NCBI GenBank assembly: GCA_905178155.1
Contig: CAJINV010000038.1
Coordinates: 17,278 to 59,647, forward strand
Length of the DNA: 42,370 nucleotides
Origin: Amoebophrya sp. A120
Taxonomy: Eukaryota > Protista > Dinoflagellata
Direction: 5' to 3'
The stretch's first letter is position 1; each line of letters starts with the position of its first letter. Of the stretch, positions 1 to 11,800 are shown one piece after another. Position numbers and translations under genes: made by a program. A model generated the notes under the pieces. The model searched no databases and was not told the origin of the DNA. It saw only the letters and a program-made list of their open reading frames with translations.

Positions 1-347
1 TTCTAATCACCCTAAATTTATGAGAAATCCGATCAACCATCGTTGATCATCACTAGCTTACAGTGTGGGTTTAGAATGAACTTCATTTTTGGTTCATTTG
101 TATGAACATGCTGATTTCACATTGGATCAAAATTTGAACGACAAATTTAGAGCCTGATTTCAATGAACATTCAATTTAGGTCGTAGGGAATTTGCTTGGC
201 TTATGATCCTGGTGGATTTCATATCTTGCCTAACAGTTCTTGAGTAGTTAACGAAGCCCTGTATTATGCGTGTCATTTGTGCTTTCTAGATAGTGCAGTG
301 AATCGAACATCAGGTCTGAGTCCTGCACGGGCGTGTCCTGCAAAAGG

Positions 348-3300
348 ATGGCGTTTCATGAAAAGCTGGCCTTTTGGAAAGGAAAGGCGGAACAATCTGA
401 CGCGCCCGGCGACACACGGCCACCACCTGCAGTTGCAAAGCCCCGCGCGGCGGCAGCTGTTTCAGCAAATCCGCCCAACATCAGACCGCCGATGCTTGGG
501 CCCCGTGCGCCGGCTGCCTCAGCTAATCCACTCCGCCCGCGCGACGGGCCGGCTCCCATTGTGGGAGAGTTCGCAGTTTTCATGCCGGGGCGACATTGCG
601 CGGCTTCACCAACCTCTTCCGCGTCCGTCGCGCTGCCGGGTTTGGCTGGTGACGCTGTCGCAGTAGAAGGGGAGCAACATGGAGAAGGTACTAGAAGTGG
701 CCGTAGCTCGTCTTTTTACAACAAACCATTCTTGGACGAGCTGTGCGATGACAATGAAGAAGGTTCTTCCGCACGAAACGAGTGCGAGCGCGACACTGCA
801 GCGCGAGCAGCGTCTTATCATTGCACTCAGGCGTCTATTTATATAATATTTATTACTCAACGAGGCTGCACTATCAACATGATAAGTACTACTCATCACC
901 AGCATCGCCTGTAATCATGATATTCTAGGTCATTTCCCGCACGACCAAGAGGAGCTGCCGCGTACTGCGGTCGGAGCCGAAGGCGTAGGGAGTACAGAAG
1001 AGCCGGCCGCAGAGGTCGTCGTGACGATCTACCGCAAGCGTGACGATGTGCGCTTTTCTCTTTCGACGGGCGAATCCTTGTCAATCAGCACCACCGCAGA
1101 ATCAGGGCGGGCAAGGTTCGTCTGTAAAAGTGCCGCCGACGCATGTGCGGACGTCGTCCGTCGACACGAATTGCGGTCCGACACGGTTGTATCCAATGCA
1201 AAAATGTCTGAGTCTGGAAGAATGCAACTTGTGATGCTGCATTTGGATGTCTAAAAAATTTGCGTTGCATGACCCGCAAAAGGAATCTAATTTTTGCTAC
1301 GCGGAGAGGGTATTTGTCATGCGGAATAGGCTTAGGCATCAAGAACCCCTATAAAAAAAATGTGATGCTAGGGCATGCATCACAGACATCATGGCTCATG
1401 CAAACCATGCATAACAGGTCTCAGGATCTTCCAGACCCAGAGATTTCTGCATTTGATACACGGCGCTTGAGGACAATGCGTTTAACGCTGCTGGAGGACC
1501 ACGAGGCGCCAGCAGCGAAGTGGAGGTATCGCATTTGACGTCGATGTCCGCTCTTCAAAAGAATCTTCGTACTACGTTTCGTGATGGTTGAAAACGCTTA
1601 TCAGAAAACTAGGACGTACACTAATTTGAGGGACGAAGAATAAGCGCTGTTGATGTTGTATTATTTTCTTGCTGCATAAAGGCGGGTGGCTGTTGTCGAG
1701 CGAACGTGTCGTCGAGGTTTTGATACTTGACTTTCGGGGTGTGGTCCAAAAAAATGTCGCATTTTGACGAAATAGACCACCCGGAAATGAGCACCACAGC
1801 AGTGGTCCTCTGACCGTCAAATGTAAAAACATGTACTTATCGTGCCTACCTTCTTATATTCGAAAAAAAATGATGAAGAAGCAGTTGTAAGGGTCAGACG
1901 ATAATAAGCATCTCTGCGTCCTCGCACACTGGCACTCTACCGACGGAAGTTTTATATTTCGAACAAACAGGTTATGCTTGGCGATAAGGCGGTGGGAGTG
2001 CAGGCGTCTGCGGCCGGGCAAGCCGGGAGCTTTGCGAGTGTAGGAGGAGCTACCCGCCCACTTGCAGTTGGGAGAAGTACTATTGCGGTTCCGGCACAGA
2101 AAGCGACAAAAGGTGTCGACGCCCCCACAGGAGACGGAATTGCAATGCGCAAGCGATCTACTTCGTCCTTGAAACTACATGAGGCAGGAGCAAACAAAGC
2201 AAGTACAGCTGAGCAACATGATTGGAATCTACCGGAATGTTGCGAAGGCGGTGCTGACTACAGCTCGTCTCTCCAGGAGCCGAAGGCTAACCGGTCTGCC
2301 GAGCGAGGTGAAGACGTCTCTCCGCCAACTTTCGTATCAAATGCAAAAATGTCTGGGTCTGGAAGAGTCGGAGTTTGTCATGCACATTTTGCATGACCCG
2401 GGAGTTCTGTGATGCAGGTCCTAGCATCACGCATTTCATGAGGGCTTCTTCTTGATGCTTATCACGCATGACAAATGCCCTCTCCGCGTGCCAAGAACTG
2501 GACCCACCTTGCTGCTCATGCAACACAGATACTTTTAGAATCCACAGACAGCATTACAAGTTTCACCCTTCCAGACCCAGACATTTTTGCATTTGATATT
2601 TTGAAGAGATCTGCAACTACAAGTTTGGAAACGATAGCTGGAAGCACTCCTGTGCCCTGCCGATAGCAAACCCGGATGAATACGAAACGCTCAAAGCGAA
2701 GGTGATTTACCATCGAACGGGACGCCAAGCAGCTGGGCTTCTGCCGACCGAAAGTGGAGTAGATTCCCGGGGCCTACAAATCACTGGCGACCGCTTGAGC
2801 TCTGCTTCTTCGCCCAGCGACTTGCATTCGCGAGGGAGCCTGATAGAAGGCGACGCTGTACTCTCCACGGCTGCCGCAGACTCCTTCCGCATGGCGCGCG
2901 ACCGCGACCCAGGCGCAGATGCGGCCATTACGCCAAGAGCAAGACGGCCAACTCCTGTGCCGTCGTTGCTGGGAGGAGCAGCAAAGAAGGGAGGGGAAGG
3001 CGAAGCATCCGTGTGCAACACGCCCGTGGAGACGCAAACGCTGCCAGATAGCGATCCCGAGTTGTCTCCGCTTTCTCGAGAGGTCCCAGGGCGGGACGTC
3101 GCGCTCTGCAGTAGCAGGACTATCTGCACGACCGAAGCCAATCTTAACAGATCAGATGCGGATAGCACAGCCCGTGGCTGTGGAAATGTCACACAATCAC
3201 CAGCAGGACTCTCTATTTTCCTCGATTCGCCGTTCGTGCCAGGTTGCGCTCCCCGATCGGCTCCGTCGGCACTGGGGGCGAGCGAGTTTCCGTCCCCGGT

Positions 3301-4660
3301 GTCTGTTGCCAGCTTCCCGACGACTGGACCCCCGGGGGACGTCGACCACCGTGGTGTTATCATTACCGAGGAGCAGCGCCGGGCGCACCTAAAGTCTCGG
3401 CTTCAGCCCGCCATTCTTCAATCACCATATTTCCCGACGCGCCAACGTGATTCGAAGGACTCCGACTCATCTTTCAATGAAAATTCGCACAGAAACGATG
3501 CGGAGTCGACACTACAGCCCCGAAGTACTTCCGAATGGCCTATGTGGAAGCTACGGAAGTCAGAGTATGAATTTGCGTTCGATAATATGCGCACGACTCT
3601 TTATCCAGATGCGCAGCGAATTTTCTTCGGCGACGAAGACAAGAGAGACTTTGATCTGGACAACGAAGCAAGCATGCTTACGCTAGTGGTTGGCTATCGG
3701 GAAAGGAAGGCGACAAAGTTACAGCAGGGTAACGCAGCCGAAAACGACGACCAGTGTCATGGCAAAGAAGCAGATGGCTGTGCAGGAGCGCCAACCGCCT
3801 CTCAGCCTGACTTTGCGCCGTCTTCGTTTGGTAGGCCGGCAGAAGGGGCAAAAACTTCCACGGTCGGAGAACCGGAGGAGGCCGAGCCCGGCAAAATCAT
3901 GAAGCGGGCCAGGAGGGCTAAGGTCGTTAACAAACTTGCTTGCGCGCCGAGGCGGGCGCCGAGCTACGCCAATGCATGAATCCCCAAGACTTGCAACCGG
4001 CTAACCCCTCGACTCCGACGGACGGACCCGGTTCGTTCGGGCAAGTCCAGACGAATGGGGCGCACCCAGCACAGAGCAGCCAAACCAGGCTACGGATGCG
4101 CTGCCGTAAAAGATACAACTCTGGCCATTTTTGCAGGCTTGCTGAAGTGCGGCGCCTGTGTGACGAAGATGACCGCGCCGCTGTTTGTATAGCAAGGCGG
4201 TCTCTCTTTCTGGCTCGTCCGCGTCCTCCTCTATCAAATTATTGTTGCTCAGCCACATAAGTAACCTTGTGTGACGTTGAACCTAAGCAATCCAGTTTCG
4301 CGTAAGTACGAATAATCGCGATCCATCGCAATTCTCAAAGAATCATGGGGAAGGGGTTGCAGGTCTTGGGGTTTTCATTTTCATCATGACCCGCGCTCTG
4401 CTCCATCGTCTTCACCTAAGCAAGACGCGCCCCCGCAGGTGGAAGACAGCGCCGCTGCGGAAGAAAGCCAGTCACCATCTGGGAGCGCTCAGGCTCTTGA
4501 GAACCCCTACGGTCTGGAGGAGTCGCTGTCTCCATGTCCATCCCCGTTGAAGAACCCGTGCCGTAATAAATCCTGGGAGGGCCGCCGCGTGACACCTTCT
4601 GACGACGTGGCGTCGCGTGGAAGCCCAGGCGCAAAACGGTACAAGTCTACTCAGCAGTAG
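348..4660 (+). CDS. Gene 1, multi-exon hypothetical low-complexity protein. Approximate exons: 348-~762, 929-1185, 1463-1525, 1971-2333, 2603-3965, 4398-4660
   Basis: ORFs 333-914, 1021-, 1974-, 2702-3979 and 4439-4660 join in frame after removing IR-bounded elements (277, 269 and 432 nt) and a GT-AG intron at 1526-1970 (phase 0). The first donor is uncertain. No recognisable domain. Confidence 0.6.
1190..1458 (+). mobile_element. Introner/MITE family A, copy 1
   Basis: TIR TATCCAATGCAAAAATGTCTGAGTCTGGAAG ... CTTCCAGACCCAGAGATTTCTGCATTTGATA. Direct repeat ACACGG at 1181-1186 and 1458-1463. Removing 277 nt gives ...RSDT|ALEDNAF... Confidence 0.9.
2335..2598 (-). mobile_element. Introner/MITE family A, copy 2 (reverse orientation)
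   Basis: Near-perfect ~31-bp TIR. Interior is the reverse complement of copies 1 and 3. TSD TTTCG/TTTTG. Removing 269 nt joins ORF 1974 (SPPTF) to the frame of ORF 2702 (EEICNYKF...VIYHRTG). Confidence 0.92.
3966..4390. mobile_element. IR-bounded intron-like element (separate family)
   Basis: IR ATGAATCCCCAAGACTTGCAACC (3976-3998) vs GGTTGCAGGTCTTGGGGTTTTCAT (4355-4378). Flanking direct repeat CCGAGCT/CCGCGCT (3959-3965, 4391-4397). Removing 432 nt bypasses the stop at 3979 and joins the frame of ORF 4439-4660. Confidence 0.7.
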
Positions 4661-5355
4661 GTCCTAGCATCGCCGCGATGCGGGGGCGATAAGATGTAGT
4701 TCGAGCAATCCATTCGAACACGCGTACCAGCGGGGCAAGCTAAATACCGAAGTTTAGCACGTAGAAGATTTACATGCACTACTTTATGCAGCCCTTTTTG
4801 GATTTTGAACGAACCTATTCAAACCAAATGCAACGTCATTGTTTTTGTTTTCAAAGATGGAGACTCATGCAAAGGACACGACCAGCACCGAGTTAGTTTC
4901 GTAGAAACAACAAAGCATCTCGAACTGAAAGGCGTGCGATGGGAGTAGGTACCAGTAAACGTATTTTGCAGGTGGATATGCATTTCAGTCAGGGGTCAGA
5001 AGAACAAAATGCAGAGCAATACAGTAAAGAGAATCAAACAAGACCGTCGCTCTCCACGTCCTCGCTGTTGTTCAGAGCGACCTAGAAGTATGTGTCAAAA
5101 ATCCATGAGTGTGGTTTTCTACTTCAAGCCCGCACCAAAGAAATAGGTTTGCTTCATTTGCGAGCGAGGTTTCAAACCGGCATGCCCATTCATTGTTAGC
5201 GAGGAATGCACAGAAGAAAGACATTTGATGTGCCTCCTGTGTCTACTTTGAAAGTAGACACTCGTCTGCTAATAGATACTTTTATTCCCAGCAGCAAGGC
5301 ACGGAAGATACAGTAATACTTACCAACATCACCTGCAAAAAGAAAATAGTACAAC

Positions 5356-5583
5356 ATGAAGCCTATGATCACGTGTCTGCTCCTCGTCGGAGTGGCAGAT
5401 GTTTACATTTTCGGTGCAACGCCGCCCGGTGGTCCGAAACTCAGATTGGCAGTGGATGAAGACGATTCCTTCGTGGCTGTTTACGAAAAATTCGTCTCTC
5501 CCGCCGAGGCCACTCACGTCGCGAAACTGGCAGATAAGATGGGTTGGAAAACATGGCCGCAATAAACACAGCGATGAAGACAA
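5356..5583 (+). pseudogene. Short signal-peptide ORF with weak resemblance to a prolyl-4-hydroxylase N-terminus (fragment or exon)
   Basis: Hydrophobic start MKPMITCLLLVGVA and VAVYEKFVSPAEATHV, similar to the P4H 'vyenFLSpeEcdhl' motif. Ends in a stop with no catalytic half nearby. Confidence 0.25.
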
Positions 5584-5830
5584 AGTACTAAATTTTGCTT
5601 TTATTTGGCTGTATTCTCATCTTATGATTTTGATTTCATCTTCGACATAATTCCAAATCCAATCGAGAACGCAATATGCAGGAGATAAGAAAGAGTGTCC
5701 AGATGAACAACAATCATGTTGACATATAAAAATTATTTCACTCCTAGGTACATCCAGAGTGCGAGCGCGAAGCCGAGTTTCCGGCACTCTTTCAGTCGTT
5801 GCATGTATCGGCTTGCATTTTTCTGTGCAG

Positions 5831-8800
5831 GTTGTACAACTACAGTAGCCGGAGCGGATGAAGTCGCTGTCGCGCGTGGGAATCTACGCGGGACGAGTGT
5901 CGGATCAACACTAGCGGCGCCGAGCTCCGAAAACACGACCTCCACTACTTTAGACGGCACGAATACGGCACCGAGCGGCGCGCCAGCAAGCAGTGTTACA
6001 GATGATGCCGATGCGGAACAAGAAATTCAGAGCTTCCAGGAAGTGAACAGTAGGTTCATTCCCGAAGAAGTAGACATCGCGAGGACCAGTCGAGGTCCAG
6101 GGCAGGATTTGCACTTTGTTATCGACTATCAAATGCAAAAATGTCTGGGTCTGGAAGAGTGCAACTTGTGATGCTGCATTTGGATTCCAAAAAAATCTGT
6201 ATTGCATGAGTACCAAAGGGAATGTAATTTATTTTTGCTACGCGGAGAGGGCATTTGTCATGCGGAATAGGCATCACGAAGCTCTCAGAGAATCTGTGAT
6301 GCTAGGGCATGCATCACGGGCATCAGGGCTCATGCAAAACGTGCATGACAAGTGTCAGAATCTTCCAGACCCAGACATTTTTACAGTTGATATCGACCCC
6401 GAATCACGACGTGTTGATCAGGGACGGAGCAGCACGCGACTTCCCAAAGATGCTGACCTGCACGAGGTTGACGTCGAGGTGGAGCACAAGGACGATCACG
6501 CAGATGATCCAACTGGTCTTTTTGACAGTCCTGATGAAATAGGATCAGACGAGGTCGTAGCGTCATCTTTTGTTCAAGAGGAAGTAGATGAAGAAAACCA
6601 GAGTGTTGAGGTCGGACAAAGAGAACGAACTAGTACAGAAGAAGCCGCGCCGAGGGCCTCGAGGTCATCTTCACACTCAGGAGGTCGAGGAGGTGGTCGC
6701 AGATCCTCATCCAGATCTTCCCCTAAGCTTGCAGAAAAGGCGGGCAGCCGCGCCAAGCAGCGCAGCAGTGGTGGGCGCAGCAAAAGTCCGTCTACATCTT
6801 CTTCGTCCAGCAAGCGGGACAGGAAAGCTCCTCCTTCTTCTTCGTCCAGCAAGCGGGACAGGAAAGCGCCTCCTTCCACCAAGAAGGCGAGCGGCTTGAA
6901 GAAAGGCGAAGAGTTATACCAAGATGAGGATGTGTGGGACACGCGAGGAACACAAGAGGCGGACAACAAGCTCGGGAGCAAACAAAGCCACCATAATTAC
7001 GATGCTCCTGGCCAGGAGGAGCAGGACGACCAGGACGCCGAGGTGGAGGCCGCCCCAGCGGCCGAGGTCTTCGTGAATCCGCCGGTCAAGCAGCCAACAA
7101 GTGGGCTGCGCGAGAAGCACCTGAACGCAGCCTCGCTCTTTCTCTTGCAGCCGACGGAGCGCGGCGCGTTTACGAACCTCAACTCGATGGACCCGTACGT
7201 CGCCCACCAGCGCTCCGATGTCGGGAAATTGCGGTGCCGTAAGACAGATTCGCTCGCGCACGTTGCCATGAAGATCCAACAAATCTACTTCACGGTGGTG
7301 TGGGAAAGTTTCTCCGGCGAGGGCAACGACGGCTTGTGGACGGAGCGGACGACCCACCCGGACGTGTTTAACTTCATGGACTTCCGCCTGGAATTTTCCA
7401 CCGTGCTGCATCGGTGTCTGGAGGTCGTGGCGGAAAAGGGCTGGTTCGCGGCTGTGGACGCCTTCGGGGACGCGCTCGGAGAAGTGGAGCAGGTCAACAC
7501 AGGCCGCTCGTTGCCAGGCACCCCGGGTTCGTCGAACCGGAAGGTCCAGAAAAGGGGCTTAAAAGGAACGACCGTGGACAATAGCGACGGGAAAAAGTAC
7601 AAGTTTCGCGACCGAGGCGACCGCGACATATCGATTGCAAGGATGTCTGTGTGCGCGGAGCAGTGCAGAGGTTTTTCATGCATGTTTTGGCTCGCAGGGG
7701 TGGGGTTTCGGATTGGGGTGGTGAAGATTCTCTACTGGAATGCGTGCGAAAGCATGGCGCATGTCGCTCAGGCCTTTTGCCTGCGGCGCACAAGAAGTTC
7801 GCCAAAAAAGATAATTTGCGTTGCAACACGTAAGTACTTGCGAGTTCTCTTGGCCGTCATGCAACGCAAATTTTCACTTTTGTAATAAATTCTAATTTGT
7901 TTTTGGATAATTAGATATTTGTGTAGTCCAGCTCCAGGCCCAGAGCTTGCCTCAAGTCCTACCGCACCTTCCAGACCCAGGCACATAATTTGCAATGCAT
8001 AAGCGGTTGTCGTGTACGATTCCGGGTACTTCCGCAAGATGTCGAAATGCCACCTCGTGCAGAACGAGTACTCGCGACTGAAGTTGTTCATCGGGCTCAG
8101 CAAGTGGGGGAACTGGATGGGCAGTACCAGCGACCCGACCTCTATTAAGAGGAAAAATCACCCCTCCCCATATCGAAAAGGTATGATGTTTCCAAAAATT
8201 TCTGTTGCTGATTTGAGACCACAAATCGCGTCTCTCTTGCAAGAAGGCAACTCCACAAGCTCCGCAGCATTGTGCAGGCGGTTTGTGATGCTGATGGGCC
8301 TACAGCTCGGACGTTCACGTTTCTCATGCTAGACGCCTAGGCCAAAACCTCTCTACTTAGGCTCAGCATGGGCCTGCATTTCTCTCCAGCAAGAAAGAGC
8401 CGATTTGTGTACGCAAGTCCTGCATTAGCGACTTCGTTGTCGTGATATGGGGAGGGAGCATTCTTCCTTTTGATGACCTCGTTTCTCGAGGCTCCGGAGG
8501 ATCCCCCGGAGCTCGAGCGCAGCTCATACGCGACTGTCAGCCGGGCGGGCGACCCCGTGTTTCACCCGGAGCTGGCGAGGAAAACAGACGGAGATATTGA
8601 TACTAACGAAGACCAGCAAAACCAACTAACTGCAAAAGAGAGGAGAAGCCGGAGCATTAGGCAGGGACAGAGCGTCCGTGGCCGTGATCCGTTTAGATCA
8701 GGGACGGACGTGCCGGAGCACACAGGGACGGGCAGCAGCTTTTTCGAAAGGGAGGATGATCGCGACGACGAGCAAGATGAGGAGGTTGAGAGCGATAGCG

Positions 8801-11800
8801 CGGAGGACGACTTCGTTCTTGGTGGTGGAGCAAAAACGCGCAAAAGGAGAAGAAAAAGATCGCCGGAAGTTGAAGTAGAAGAGCAGAGGTCCTTTTTGGA
8901 AGTGCAGGAAAAGCAGAAAATTATTGCGGAGGGTATTGACAGGTTGAAAACAATCCAGCACGACTTCGAGCACCTGTGCGGGTACCAGCACTGGTGGCGT
9001 GACGAGTTTCCGAACTTGTACAATCCACTGATTGCATTCTACACGCACGTCGTAGTGGAAGACAAAGAGCTCACAGAGCGGGACCCGGGGCCCAACCTGT
9101 TCGAGGGGTTCTACCACCTGTTGCGCATGCACCTCAAGCAAATGCTGGCGCGGCAGCGGCTCAAGCGCGCCGCTCTGTACGCGGAGGACGTCGTGGCGGT
9201 GCTCGCGGACTTGCCCGAGGTGTTTCAGGAGCAGCAGTACTTGTTGTGGAGCGAAGTGTCGAAAAAACGGCAGATCTTCGACCGCGCGCGGATCGTGGCC
9301 CAGAAGGCCTTCATGAAGTCGGACCCCATGTTCACGCGGGCGATGAAGGCGAGTCAGGAGTCCTACGGGTGCACAGACGGGAACTCGGTGTCGCAGTGCC
9401 TGAAGACCTGGGCCAACTTCCCCGACATCGCCGTGAAGCAGCAATCCGAGTTTGCCGCGAAGATGACCGTGATGTTCCGGCGCAAGGTATCCTGAGGAAA
9501 AGCGGGCCCCACACCCCAGAGTCAAGATGGGAACAATTGCGGGAGAGTAGAGGTCCAAAACTTCAATTTCTTTTGGCAGTCACGCATGAAGACAACTTCG
9601 GCTCTGCAGTGTAGTCATATGTGCAAGCTACTCCAGCCGCATTTTTACCAATCAGCGCTACCATCCTGATTAGCTCGTCGTGGTCACAGATTTCGAAGCA
9701 CCATCTTCAGAAAATGCCTCTCATGTTGGAGCCGCATGAGATGAAACATCCTGAGCATGCAAATGTGAATGACAGCTCTGGAGGGATCGTGGGGAGGTTT
9801 TTCCACAGGATGTAAGGAGCTGGAATTCGGCATCATCCAGAGCGGGCTCCGGCTTCCTGACCTGTTTGCGGACCTGAAAATGGCGCTCGCCCGGTTTATC
9901 AACTTCCAGATCGTCGTGTACTTCGACGCCTTGCGCGTGCATCTCGACCTGCCCAGCAATGAGTTTCCGGACCTGATCCAGCCCCCGCAGGGGAAGAATT
10001 TCGGAGTCGGCAACGCCGCCGCGCCGGGGGGCGGCGCGCCCCTGGCCGACTACGTCCGCGTGACGCCCCCGCGGGAGTTGCTGCAGCTGTCGGGGAAGTA
10101 CGCGGGCGCGGAGGGCACCTTGAGAGCGTGGACGCGGACGGCGCACGTGCAGGAGGTGACAGAAAAGTTCCACGGGCCCGGCTGTTTTAAGGACTGGTGC
10201 TTGTCGGTGTACGTGCGGGACCACCAGCGCATCTCGAAGGTAGCGATTGGTCAAAGCTCGTGGCAAACACAGCGGGGCAAGAACAAGAATGACGCAGCAC
10301 CGCAGGACCACGATGCGCGCCCGACCGTGGCTCTCTGGGAGGTCGGCTGTGCGTCCTCGGTCCCCCGCGACTACTTTCTCCTTACAGTCGAGGGGAGCTC
10401 GACGGACCTGTTTCTGGACCACGAGCACGGCGCGTCGACCAGCGCTGCGGCCTCCTCCGCATCTTCTTTCATGCAAGAGGAATTGGTGCCAGATGAAGGT
10501 TTGTCCTCTTCGCCTGCTCCGACGATGGATTCCTCTGTGACGGTCGGCGCGTCAGACGAAATCGAGAGCGGGGAAGATGAACAAGTTGTAGAGGAGAACA
10601 GCCTCGTCCACACGACCAGGAATACACCGGGAGAAGATCATACGGGTGAGAGGGCTACTGGCACGCCCGGCGCCGGTCACGAGGGCCGGAGTTTCCAAGA
10701 GCGAAGATTCCAACTGCTGCCATCAGCGGCAGGGGAAGAGCAAGAGGAAGACGATCTTCGGGTCGGATCGCGATCACAGTCGGCTCCTAGGAGTACGAGA
10801 ACATCGTCAGAGCAGCACGCGCTGCCGCAGGGGTCACCAGGAGACGCAAGCAACGCATTTTCGATGCTGGAGGAGCCGAGGCCTCTACTTTCTACCGACG
10901 CAGATCGTCACCACGACGAGCCCGACGAGTCAAAGAGTACGAGCGACGCTTCAACAATGTCATCCCCACACGCTAGCAGCTCCTTCACGCAGGTCTTCAA
11001 AGGCCTTGGCAACATGCTCAGTTGGGACCGAGGAGAGAGCGAGGCGCTCAACCAGCAGGACAGATGGGTCGACTGGCTGAAAAAGTCCAAACTTCATCCC
11101 GGGGCGCCACTCACAGGCGACGCCTCTCAGCCTGTGTGGACCACAACAAATATGAAAATTCGAAAGGGCGACGACGTTTTTCTGAAGCAAGGATCGGGAG
11201 AGAACAAAGGTACTCTACGTACCTTTTCTCATCTCAGACAGAAGCAAGAAGACTGAACACAAGAGCAATAAATAAAAGACAAGCCTCGGGGCGAGCCCTG
11301 CTGGGCTCGCCTGGGCTTGGGGTTGTCGGTTGCGGCCGGTAAGTCGGTGACTGAGTAAACTGCAAGGAGACAGGGAGAGGGGGCCCGATGTCAGTGGGGG
11401 CGTTGTGAGTGCGCGTTCGCGCGCCGGCTTTATTCGACAACCCCACTCCAGCTTGCGGCCTGCTTGCCCCGCTCCGGCCTGCCAGGCCGACTCTAGCCTC
11501 TGCCTACCGGCTGCCGCTGACCTGCCGGCTGGCTGCCGCTAGCCCGCCGGCTGCCGCGCGCTAGCCCCGGCTGGCTGGCCTCTGCCTGCCGGCTGCCGCT
11601 GGCTGGCCTCTGCCTGCCGGCTGCCGCTGGCCTCTGCCTTCCGGCTGCCGCTAGCCTCTTCCTGCCGCTAGCCTCGCTCTCTCTGCGCGCCTGCCGGCTG
11701 CCGCTAGGCGGCCTGTGCCTTCCGGCTACCGCGAGACAGCATCTGCCTGCCGGCATCCGCTAGATGGCTCCAGCCTGCCGGCCGCCGCTAGATAGCCTCA

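Noticed and set aside
1-200. ATGAAC/GTTCAT short palindromic cluster
   Set aside because: Too short and truncated by the window edge to define an element.
1190-1254. Recurring peptide VSNAKMSGSGR / YQMQKCLGLEE / LPDPDIF at ORF ends as a protein motif
   Set aside because: It is the translation of the introner TIR and appears in different frames and strands.
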